The notes under the pieces were generated by a model that saw only the letters and a program-made list of their open reading frames with translations, did not search any database and was not told the DNA's origin. From contig CAVZMI010000004.1 in the NCBI GenBank assembly GCA_963776275.1, positions 1 to 21,217 of the forward strand: a DNA stretch of 21,217 nt, in the 5' to 3' direction. The translations under genes and the position numbers were made by a program. This DNA is from Ignavibacteriota bacterium. GTDB taxonomy: Bacteria > Bacteroidota > Ignavibacteria > UBA10030 > CAVZMI01. Shown in pieces: positions 1-8,083 of the stretch (position 1 is the stretch's first letter; each line of letters opens with the position of its first letter).

Positions 1-340
1 CCGAATGAGCCCGCCAAAAGATGAAGCACGGCGGGCAGGCGTGGTACGTTAAGCATGGCTTGTGAAGGGTTTTAGTTTTTATTAATATGTTCTTTGTACT
101 TCATAACTTTAGTATTAATTAATTTCGTTATCAGTATGAATCAGTTTCGGGTATTACATTTTGAAAGTTTTCACCTGCCTGCCGAAGTGCCTTCGGCACG
201 TAGGCAGGGTGCGGCAGCTCCCGCTTCAGCGGGATCCTCGATTCGACCACAATTTGTTTGGAAAACAACAAATTTGTCGAATCGGGATTATTTATCCGCC
301 GGAGTGTTATTTACGTAGGCGGAGCCGCCATCCGTTAGGC
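1..340 (+). repeat. attC site 1 (long family; left end outside window; carries palindromic inserts)
   Basis: Ends GCCGCCATCCGTTAGGC (core 334-340). Bases 1-59 nearly match 1111-1169 and bases 210-339 nearly match 3114-3270. Inserts at 10-39, 174-208 and 220-323. Confidence 0.8.
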
Positions 341-367
341 GGCTTCGCAAAGCCAAAGGATGGTACT

Positions 368-1039
368 ATGAGACATGTCATTGAATTATTTTTCAGGGTT
401 GCCCTTTTAGCGTTTATCTGGTTTATCTGGTGGTGGGTGTTAAACGCACCACTTTCAAATGTTATGAATCTATCTATCATTGTGGGAGGGGTATTGTTGA
501 CATTTCCTCTTGCTTGGCTCGGCAGGAAGATACTAGACCGACACCAAACAATAGGCCACGCCGTCTGGACAACGACATTTGTACATTTTGGTCTGGGTTT
601 TACATTTGGTGTTCCTATCGTTCGGGCAGTATCCACTTATCAAGATTGGTCTGGCTGGGTACTCCCAATACCATCTGAAATCGGCTTGGTTCTGGTCATT
701 ATTACTGGGGCAGCTTTTTTGCTGATAGTGGTAAACCTTGCCTTGAAAGGATTCGGTGCGCCCTTTTTCATTGCGCTCAGCGGAAATTGGCGGCAGATTG
801 GTTGTATGCCTGGACGCGTAATCCTATGGCGCTTGCAGGTCTGGCTTTTTTCCTGTCATTAGGCATCTGGTTTCAGTCAGCGCTGTTTGTGCTCTGGGTA
901 CTCATCGTGTTTGCACCGGCATATGTTTTCTTTGTGAAAGTGTTATGAAGAACGAGAGCTGGAGATTCGATTTGGAGCATCCTACCTGGAATACAAATCC
1001 AGAACGCCTATGTTTTTCCCAAGAAAACCAAGAGGTTAA
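368..1039 (+). CDS. Cassette 1: isoprenylcysteine carboxylmethyltransferase/PEMT-like membrane protein (two compensating frameshifts near 780 and 930-943)
   Basis: ATG at 368 after AAGGA; several hydrophobic helices. The shifted frame from 781 reads LYAWTRNPM, and the original frame resumes with YEERELEIRFGASYLEYKSRTPMFFP (family motifs RNPM and EE..L..RFG..Y..Y) to TAA at 1037-1039. Confidence 0.8.
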
Positions 1040-1049
1040 ACGATGTACC

Positions 1050-1357
1050 GCCCAACCAGCGGTTCCCCGCAAACAACACGGGGTTTCACACAAAACGTTC
1101 AACAAGCTGACCGGATGAGCCCGCCAAAAGATGAAGCACGGCGGGCAGGCGTGGTACGTTAAGCATGGCGCGTAGAGGTTTTATGAAACTTGAAAGTAAA
1201 TTACATGGAACCCGCCTTTGGCGAGGCTCGCCTTCGGCGGCTCGGTTCGTGCAGTGGTACATTTTAAGTTATCGGTGCCGCAGTCCGATCCCGCTTATGC
1301 GGGATCGAGATCTCGTCCCGACTTAGTCGGGACGGACTTAGCACCCATCCGTTAGGC
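1050..1357 (+). repeat. attC site 2 (long family, 308 bp, four palindromic inserts)
   Basis: GCCCAAC (1050-1056) ... CTTAGCACCCATCCGTTAGGC (core 1351-1357). Inserts at 1065-1102, 1120-1149, 1211-1240 and 1284-1336, defined by alignment with 2985-3272. Confidence 0.8.
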
Positions 1358-1386
1358 GGCAAAAACAATCAAGGAAGGAGCAGGTC

Positions 1387-2010
1387 ATGAAACGATTATA
1401 TGGTCTCTTTGTTTTATTTATCGTTCTTGTCTCATGTACCCAAAACGCCCCTAAAGTACTTCTCTTCGTACGGGATGGATCTCCACATTTAGAGTACATG
1501 CTCAATAAAGAAGTCGGTACCATGAAAGAATTACTCGAACAATCCGGTTTCGAAGTTACGATTGCGACAATATCCGGTGGAGTTTTAAAAACGGATTCGA
1601 TATCTGTAATGCCTAATATTAAGTTATGCAATGTAAATATTGCTGATTATGCGGGATTCATTTTACCATGCATGGCCAGCGATTCCACACATTCAGAAAC
1701 AGTATCTTTTATCAAAGAAGTGGTAAAACAAGGGAAACCCATAGCGGCTCAGTTCGGTTCAGTAGTGACTCTGGCCCGAGCAGGCGTTCTTCAGGGTAAG
1801 AAATTTGCCTTTCCTGAAGAGAAAGACATAAATGCGAATATGTATCCAGAGTTTAATGGTAGCATTTATAGTGGGAAAGGTGTTATTCAAGATGGGCTCA
1901 TTATTACCTCTGGAATCTGTCCCTGGATGGCGAAAATGCCGGGTTATCAGGATGGTACTGATGAACTTACTCGAGCATTAATCAATACGATAAAGGCAAC
2001 AACTAAATAG
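1387..2010 (+). CDS. Cassette 2: DJ-1/PfpI-family protein with lipoprotein signal peptide
   Basis: AGGAG RBS; MKR plus hydrophobic stretch plus LVSC lipobox; fold motifs GFEVTIAT, DYAGFILP, GKPIAAQ.GS..LARAGVLQGKK and VIQDGLIITSG. Confidence 0.8.
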   Translation: MKRLYGLFVLFIVLVSCTQNAPKVLLFVRDGSPHLEYMLNKEVGTMKELLEQSGFEVTIATISGGVLKTDSISVMPNIKLCNVNIADYAGFILPCMASDSTHSETVSFIKEVVKQGKPIAAQFGSVVTLARAGVLQGKKFAFPEEKDINANMYPEFNGSIYSGKGVIQDGLIITSGICPWMAKMPGYQDGTDELTRALINTIKATTK

Positions 2011-2073
2011 AAACAATTAATGTTTAATTCAGTTGACAAATATTTATTTACATCATTACTGATGTTTATTTAT

Positions 2074-2196
2074 GCCTAACACCCGCATCAAGGTGGACGC
2101 GACCCAACCTCGCGATTTTTAAAGTTGACAATACGCAGCCAAGAAAGTAACAGAATTTAACTTTGTGGGTCGCGCTACTTATGCTTATCGTTAGCC
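2074..2196 (+). repeat. attC site 3 (canonical, 123 bp)
   Basis: R'' GCCTAAC (2074-2080) and R' GTTAGCC (2190-2196). L'' GCATCAAG pairs with L' CTTATGC leaving one extrahelical base. Inner inverted arms GCGACCCA / TGGGTCGC. Confidence 0.9.
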
Positions 2197-2206
2197 CGCA
2201 GAAGGA

Positions 2207-3007
2207 ATGTTGACTGCAATGGATCAACAAGGAGCAAATAATCTATTAAAGCAATCATTTGATATCTGGTTCCGACCAGAAATCGAACGTCGAAAATCCG
2301 CAGGAGTACTTCCCACTGGTTTTTCAGTATGGGCTGCTCAAGTTATTATGGATTTAGATATCGAATCTCCAATTATCAGATTAAATGAAGAAGTTCATGG
2401 TATATTCAAAATGAAGGCGACTAAACCTGTCACAGCAGGAGAAATTGTTGATCTAAATGATTTTTCTAGCATTGAAGGAATGACTCTTGGCGATGAGTTT
2501 CCAAATGCTGGCCATTTGACTACAATGTTACATAAGAATATTTGGTACATAATTTTCGATTTCCAGTATAATGCAGGTCGAATTCAAACACAATTGTCAT
2601 CGGCTGATCAATTTTTAAAGGCATCACAATATTGCGTCGAGGCCAACATATCGATTCCAGCTATAGACAATTTGTATGATGCGGTTCAATTGATGGCTAA
2701 ATGTTTTTTACTAAGAGTTCCTGATAAAAATGTTCTTGAATCATCTAGCCATGGTTTTATAGAAACAAATTTTAATTTACAGGGTAGATATAAAAATGTT
2801 TCCGCGACTTCAGTTGATTTGCTAAATCGGCTCGCTCAACTTCGGCCAAAGACCCGATATGCTGCGGAGCCAATTCAGGTTTCTCAATCAGAACTTAAGC
2901 GGCTTTTTGATCTTGCACAAAAAATGAGAGACGAAATAGAAGTTGCAAGACCTAAAAGAGAAAAACCGTTAAAGCCTTCTGCCCGCCTAACCAGCGGCTC
3001 AAGCTGA
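2207..3007 (+). CDS. Cassette 3: protein with uncharacterised N-terminal region and C-terminal HEPN-like domain (start may be ATG 2219)
   Basis: 266-aa ORF. The C-terminal half has the HEPN pattern A...LY.A...AK..LL....SHG....F.....L..L..LR...RY. The stop codon lies inside the next attC. Confidence 0.65.
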   Translation: MLTAMDQQGANNLLKQSFDIWFRPEIERRKSAGVLPTGFSVWAAQVIMDLDIESPIIRLNEEVHGIFKMKATKPVTAGEIVDLNDFSSIEGMTLGDEFPNAGHLTTMLHKNIWYIIFDFQYNAGRIQTQLSSADQFLKASQYCVEANISIPAIDNLYDAVQLMAKCFLLRVPDKNVLESSSHGFIETNFNLQGRYKNVSATSVDLLNRLAQLRPKTRYAAEPIQVSQSELKRLFDLAQKMRDEIEVARPKREKPLKPSARLTSGSS

Positions 3008-3272
3008 CCGGATGAGCGCACTGCAAAATTCATGGTTTGCAACGGTCTGGTGGTAATTTGAAAGACATCTATTTGAAACTTGGTTCGTTTAGTACTATTT
3101 TGAAAATTATCAATGCGGCAGCTCCCGCTTTGCGGGATCCTCGATTCGACCACAATTTGATTGGACAACATCAAATTTGTCGAATCGTGATTATTTATCC
3201 GCCGGCTTGTCCGCCGGAGTGAAACGAAGGCGGAAGTGTTATTTACGTAGGCGGAGCCGCCATCTGTTAGCT
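2985..3272 (+). repeat. attC site 4 (long family, 288 bp, composite palindromic insert in L')
   Basis: GCCTAAC CAGCGGCTCAAGCTGACCG ... CGGCAGCT[insert 3124-3255]GCCGCCATCTGTTAGCT. The left arm pairs with the reconstructed right arm CGGCAGCTTAGCCGC with two unpaired bases. Confidence 0.85.
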
Positions 3273-3316
3273 GGCACAAAAAAGAGGGAACAATTATCAC
3301 AAAAAAGGAGCATCTT

Positions 3317-3895
3317 ATGCCAAAGAATATTTCTGCTCTTATATTTACTGCATTCGCGACGCTGTTCATCACGTTTGCTTCTGCGCAGGAGAAAAAACCG
3401 GCCGAACCTCCCAAGCCTGCGATGAATTCTTATCAGGAGTTGATGTATTGGTGGAATGATATCGGAGGAAGGGTAATCGCAATGGCGGAGGATTTTCCCG
3501 AAGACAAATATAACTTCAAAGCCCAGAAGGATGAGAGAACGTTCGGCGATAATCTCCTGCACGTTGCAGCAACTTACTATGTAATGATCAATCTCATCAA
3601 AGGGTCAGCGGTGGGATACACCGGGGACTACGATTCCTTGTGGAAAAAGTATCCGACAAAAACAGACATCGTGAAATACTTGAAGCAGTCGGTCGCCGAC
3701 GGCTTTGATCTAATCAAAGCACAAGGGGACAGCGGATTGACGCACGAGGTTAAATACCCATGGGCCAATCAGATGGTTCACGCTTCGTTTTGCTGGTGGA
3801 CCATTCTTTGGCATGCTGGCGATCATTACGGACAATTGGCGGTGTATTACCGTCTCAATGGAATGATACCGCCTGCATCTCGGCCGAGAAAATAA
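3317..3895 (+). CDS. Cassette 4: DinB-family protein with signal peptide
   Basis: AGGAG RBS; signal peptide ending ASA-Q; motifs PEDKYNFK....RTFG..LLHVA and H..DHYGQL.VYYRLNG..PP (DinB His triad). Confidence 0.85.
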   Translation: MPKNISALIFTAFATLFITFASAQEKKPAEPPKPAMNSYQELMYWWNDIGGRVIAMAEDFPEDKYNFKAQKDERTFGDNLLHVAATYYVMINLIKGSAVGYTGDYDSLWKKYPTKTDIVKYLKQSVADGFDLIKAQGDSGLTHEVKYPWANQMVHASFCWWTILWHAGDHYGQLAVYYRLNGMIPPASRPRK

Positions 3896-3914
3896 CAAGA
3901 AGTTTCATAGTGCC

Positions 3915-3976
3915 AGCTAACCAGCAGCTCAAGCTGACCGAATGAGCCCGCCACAAAGACGGCGGGCAGGCCCGCC
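3915..3976 (+). repeat. attC site 5, left half only (truncated)
   Basis: AGCTAAC CAGCAGCTCAAGCTGACCGAATGAG matches the left arms at 2985 and 1050, followed by a hairpin insert at 3947-3970. No L'/GTTAG right arm follows. Confidence 0.75.
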
Positions 3977-3978
3977 TT

Positions 3979-4779
3979 TTACGTCTCGGTTGGAGTTTTA
4001 TCCCAGCGATTCTTCGGCGCGTAACCGCAGAGCCAGTTGAATGTGTGATGACGTTCGAATGAAACGCAGCGTATGTTTGTCCATTCTTTGTCCGTCAGAT
4101 CGCGGTATGCTTTTTCAAAAGCCGGGAAATCGCCCTCGATGAGGGGTGGAAGTCGGCCCTCTTCAAAGTGTTTTGCAGCGGTGAACCTTACAACTTCATC
4201 CATTGTTGCAAAACGGGATTTCTTCGGCGGTATGACTCCCTGTTCTTCAAGCTCACGCGTCCGGCTGCGCCAGTGCCATAATTCCGCCGTGTCCCTCGCC
4301 TCATCGATTTCAGCTTCCTTTCGAAGCTTCGCCTGTTTGATCAATTGTAGTATGTGATCATGGTCGGGAGGAATTTTGACGATGATTTTTGGATCGGTTT
4401 CGGAATCATAGGGTGGAAGTTCCGAAATCATGCCCAATGCCCACATAAGACATACGGCAGCTTCAACCTTCCAGCCTGCATCGTAATAAATCTCCTGGTC
4501 AAGTTCATATGCCGACGTGGAGATAAATTGTTGCTCGCTCTGAGTCATTACATCCCACAGACCTGATACGCGGAGTGCTGCACAGAGAGAATTTCGCCTC
4601 TCATCCCATTCATGTATCGATTTTTTTCTGTCTGCATCGCTGGATTCCTGCAGTTGTTCCGCAAGATATGATGGTGGCGGATTGAGCACCGCATGAGCTA
4701 CCTGAGAACGTAAAATAATAAGTCGTTGAGCCGCTTCTTGAGCCGTCGGTCGTAAATTCTTTTTATTTCTAAATGCCAT
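3979..4779 (-). CDS. DUF4272-family protein
   Basis: 266 aa with motifs W..EA...LMWALG, LR...EI, LWHWR.R and ERH..FNWL, recognised from this family. Confidence 0.75.
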   Translation of the reverse strand: MAFRNKKNLRPTAQEAAQRLIILRSQVAHAVLNPPPSYLAEQLQESSDADRKKSIHEWDERRNSLCAALRVSGLWDVMTQSEQQFISTSAYELDQEIYYDAGWKVEAAVCLMWALGMISELPPYDSETDPKIIVKIPPDHDHILQLIKQAKLRKEAEIDEARDTAELWHWRSRTRELEEQGVIPPKKSRFATMDEVVRFTAAKHFEEGRLPPLIEGDFPAFEKAYRDLTDKEWTNIRCVSFERHHTFNWLCGYAPKNRWDKTPTET

Positions 4780-4867
4780 TATGAATCCTTGTCAGGATTA
4801 TTACTTAATCATATTAAGAAAATACCAAGTAAATATCAATTAAATATTAGGTGTCCGTGCACAGCAT

Positions 4868-5881
4868 TTATAATTTTCTTCGAATTCTAAGCAGCAGGTC
4901 GTTTGCTCCCAGCAACATTTTTATAACTATCGATGCCTGCCAGCGGATATCATAATAATTGACGAGCGTTCCGCCGAATGAGCGCTTGAATTCGACGATG
5001 CTGGGTGTATTCGCCCCCAAAAAGTCGAATTGGATCACACCCGATTTTGAAAGCCGCTCGAAAATCTCCCACAGCAACAGATGCGTCCCGTTTTCTTCCA
5101 TCGTTCCCGGATTGGAACCGGCGATCCAATCAAAAGCTTTCTGTCCGGCTATTACGACAGCACGCGAAGAATAAATGACCCCTTTCGAATCCCCAATTGA
5201 ATATATTTTCAATACTCCTTTTGAAAGTAGTGCCGAGCACAGGCTTCTGAATTGATAACGCTTCATAATCGGACGAAGCGCCGAACGGGCATAACTCTTT
5301 TCCTGCAGCGTCAGGAGAGTTTCGAGATCGCCCGATTCCGAAATGGCCAGCGATTTTTCGCGCGCACGATTGATTTTACGGCGAGCCGACTGGCTCAGCG
5401 ATTCCCATGCCTTCGGAAGATCTTCAAGAGAATTTCTGTAGGTGAATTGAACCTCTGTCTTCCATCCCTGCCACTGAAAAGGTCGGACGTCCGCGATCGC
5501 CGGAGAAAGCGAGAATTGTGCAAACCGGACATTCTTCTGAATTTCTTTTGAAAGAAGCTCCGTCACTTCAGCTTCATCAGTTTGTTTTTTCTGAGGTTTT
5601 CGTTCATGATCGGCAGCGTGAAGTATCCCATTATAGGACGTTAAGGGCGGACGGGCGGCAATCGGGACACCCATCTTCTTTTTATAATACAGCACAACGC
5701 CGCCGGCAATTTCATTTCCCTCTTTTACAACCATGATTCGAGGTTGAAGATGAAATTGTTCCGAGATGATCACGATCCAGCCGGAGGTCTGAAAGATTGA
5801 TCCCTGAGGGGAAGAATCGACAAACGAATCCCACAAGGGATAGTCTTCAACAGGAATAATTTCAACCACGCGTGTCGGCAT
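4868..5881 (-). CDS. GNAT/FemAB-like N-acetyltransferase
   Basis: WDSFV..SPQGSIFQ..GW, RRKINRA, LLLWE......G...FDF.GAN..SI..FK..FGG. Confidence 0.8.
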   Translation of the reverse strand: MPTRVVEIIPVEDYPLWDSFVDSSPQGSIFQTSGWIVIISEQFHLQPRIMVVKEGNEIAGGVVLYYKKKMGVPIAARPPLTSYNGILHAADHERKPQKKQTDEAEVTELLSKEIQKNVRFAQFSLSPAIADVRPFQWQGWKTEVQFTYRNSLEDLPKAWESLSQSARRKINRAREKSLAISESGDLETLLTLQEKSYARSALRPIMKRYQFRSLCSALLSKGVLKIYSIGDSKGVIYSSRAVVIAGQKAFDWIAGSNPGTMEENGTHLLLWEIFERLSKSGVIQFDFLGANTPSIVEFKRSFGGTLVNYYDIRWQASIVIKMLLGANDLLLRIRRKL

Positions 5882-5936
5882 TATTCTCTATTATTAAATC
5901 ACGTCGAGAGAGCGTACTCCAACCCGAAATCATAAA

Positions 5937-5965
5937 TCCGCCTGCACTTCGTTACGGCGGACAGG
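5937..5965. repeat. Isolated REP-like hairpin of the same type as the attC inserts
   Basis: TCCGCC-13 nt-GGCGGA-CAGG (reverse strand: CCTG plus 6-bp stem); compare 3206-3234 and 10-39. Confidence 0.65.
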
Positions 5966-5993
5966 TCAAAAATTATCTATTTACACTGCTTTC

Positions 5994-7374
5994 TCACAAG
6001 ATATATCTGCTCAGGTCTCGATTCTTTACGATCGTACTGAGCTTTTGCTGAACAAGCGCGCCGTTGATATGGAGCGCCGTAGATTTCACATTAGTCGGCG
6101 CGTCAAACAAAATGTCCTCAAGCAACGTTGTGAGGATCGTGTGCAATCTCCGAGCGCCGATGTTTTCAACCTGCTCGTTCACTTCGGTGGCGACTCGGGC
6201 GATTTCCCTGACGCCGTCGTCGGTAAACTCAAGGGTGATCCCATCGGTTGCAAGCAGTGCCGTATATTGTTTGATCAGTGCATTCTGGGGGATTGTAAGA
6301 ATCTTGACGAAATCTTCTTCTGTCAGACTGTTCAATTCGACGCGTATCGGAAAGCGGCCCTGAAGCTCGGGAATCAGATCGGACGGTTTGGTTGCATGAA
6401 ACGCTCCTGAGGCGATAAACAAAATGTGATCGGATTTCACGACTCCATATTTCGTATTGACGGTCGAACCTTCGACAATCGGCAGCAGATCGCGCTGGAC
6501 GCCTTCGCGTGATACATCGGGTCCGGATGTCTGTCCGCGTGTCCCGGCTATTTTATCAATTTCATCGATGAAGACTATGCCCGAGTTCTCGACGCGGCTT
6601 ATCGCTTCCCGCGTCGCTGATTCCATATCGATTAGTTTCTGTGCTTCATCGATAATCAGGAATCCGCGCGCTTCGGCAATTGTAACCTTGCGTTTCTTGA
6701 GTTTTTTCGGCAGGATATTCCCAAAAAGATCCTGAAGGTTGACGCCCATTTCTTCGAGACTGATCGGTCCGAAAACCTGCATTGCAGGAATCGAATCGGA
6801 CGGGACATCGAGCTCTATGATCCGTTCATCGAACTTTCCTGCTTTCAATTTTTCGCGGAATCGTTCGCGGGTCTCCTTGTTGGTTTCCTCGACAACAGAA
6901 TTCGATTCGTTGTTTTGAGATTCCGCTTGACGCCCTCGATGCACCGGCGGCAGGAGAATATCAAGTATACGTTCTTCAGCCATCTGCCGGGCTTTATCCT
7001 GCACCGCGGCTGTCCGCTCTGCCTTTACCATCGTCATTCCGTACTCTGTGAGATCGCGTATCATTGATTCAACGTCGCGGCCGACATAGCCGACCTCGGT
7101 GAATTTCGACGCTTCGACTTTAATAAACGGGGCATTGGCAAGTTTTGCCAGACGGCGGGCAATTTCGGTTTTTCCAACGCCGGTTGGGCCGGATCAGGAT
7201 GATGTTGTTCGGCATAATCTCTTCACGAAGTCCCTGCGGGACCTGCTGCCGGCGCCAGCGGTTTCGAAGCGCAATGGCGACGGATTTCTTTGCGTTATCC
7301 TGTCCGATGATATATTTATCTAGTTCACGGACGATCTCGTGCGGTGTGAGTTCAGTCTTGATATTGGAATTCAT
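5994..7374 (-). CDS. hslU: ATP-dependent protease ATPase subunit HslU (one extra base near 7191)
   Basis: N-terminal [28 protein letters not shown]; Walker A GPTGVGKT restored by deleting one base; [27 protein letters not shown]. Confidence 0.95.
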
Positions 7375-7914
7375 TTATAATTCTTCGATGACGATATTGC
7401 TGTTAGTATAGATGCAGATCTCGGCCGCCGTTTCGAGCGATTGCTGTACGATCTCACGGGCATTCTTGTCGGTGAATTTCACCAGTATTCGTGCGGCGGC
7501 GAGGGCATAGGACCGCCCGATCCGATTGCGATGATCCCGTCATCCGGTTCAATAATGTCGCCGGTCCCTGAAATAACCAGTGCGCGTTCATGGTCGAGGA
7601 CGCCGAGAAGAGCTTCGAGAACGTCTTAGGTATTTATCGGTGCGCCAATCTTTTGCGAGCTCGACGGCGGCACGGTCAAGATTGCCACGGTACTGTTCCA
7701 GTTTTTCTTCGAAACGCTCAAAGAGTGTAAATGCATCCGCCGCCGCACCGGCGAAACCGGCAAGGATTTTTCCGTTGTACAAACGACGGATTTTTCGGGC
7801 GTGGTGTTTCATGACAGTATTACCGATGGTAACCTGACCATCGCTACCGATGGCAGAAACGCCATTACGCGTTAGACCGACGACGGTCGTTGATCGAATT
7901 ATAAGGTCTGACAT
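7375..7914 (-). CDS. hslV: ATP-dependent protease peptidase subunit HslV (compensating indels near 7621 and 7510)
   Basis: TT N-terminal nucleophile, [28 protein letters not shown]. Shifted frames give LEALL...IAIGSGG and YALAAAR...ICIYTN...EEL, with the stop at 7375-7377. Confidence 0.93.
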
Positions 7915-8083
7915 ATCAACCTCCTCCGGAACACTAAAGTACGCAATGATGGGTCAAATTGCAATTTTTAGAACAGGCATAGTGCAAAATAAAAATCCAC
8001 CGCCAATGGCTGTGTCTATATTCGATTGGATTTACCGTTCAAAAGAAGAAGATGCAGAGAGGATATTTCTAAATTCAAAACTA

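Larger units (their letters stand above)
1..3976 (+). mobile_element. Integron gene-cassette array, distal end (4 cassettes, 5 attC-type sites; no intI in window)
   Basis: Four co-oriented single ORFs, each starting 10-45 bp after a GTTAGNN core site (334, 1351, 2190, 3266) and followed or overlapped by an RNYYAAC inverse core (1050, 2074, 2985, 3915). Cassette 4 is bounded by a perfect 12-bp inverted pair, GTTAGCTGGCAC (3266-3277) / GTGCCAGCTAAC (3910-3921). Confidence 0.9.

Noticed and set aside
161-367. N-terminal extension of ORF 161..862, plus small ORFs 94..318, 3037..3222 and 3177..3425
   Set aside because: They translate attC/palindrome sequence, so their mutual similarity just reflects the DNA repeat. 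The RBS-supported start is 368.
1-3976. Long intergenic repeats as ncRNA genes, MITEs or Rho-independent terminators
   Set aside because: They have attC core/inverse-core ends, L boxes with extrahelical bases and cassette spacing. There are no target duplications, and most hairpins lack U-tracts.
3979-4779. DUF4272 gene as an inverted fifth cassette
   Set aside because: No completed attC before it and no attC-like site at 4780-4867.
5994-7914. hslU/hslV as pseudogenes or programmed frameshifts
   Set aside because: All motifs are intact, no slippery sequence is evident, and similar indels occur in unrelated genes. Sequence error is more likely.
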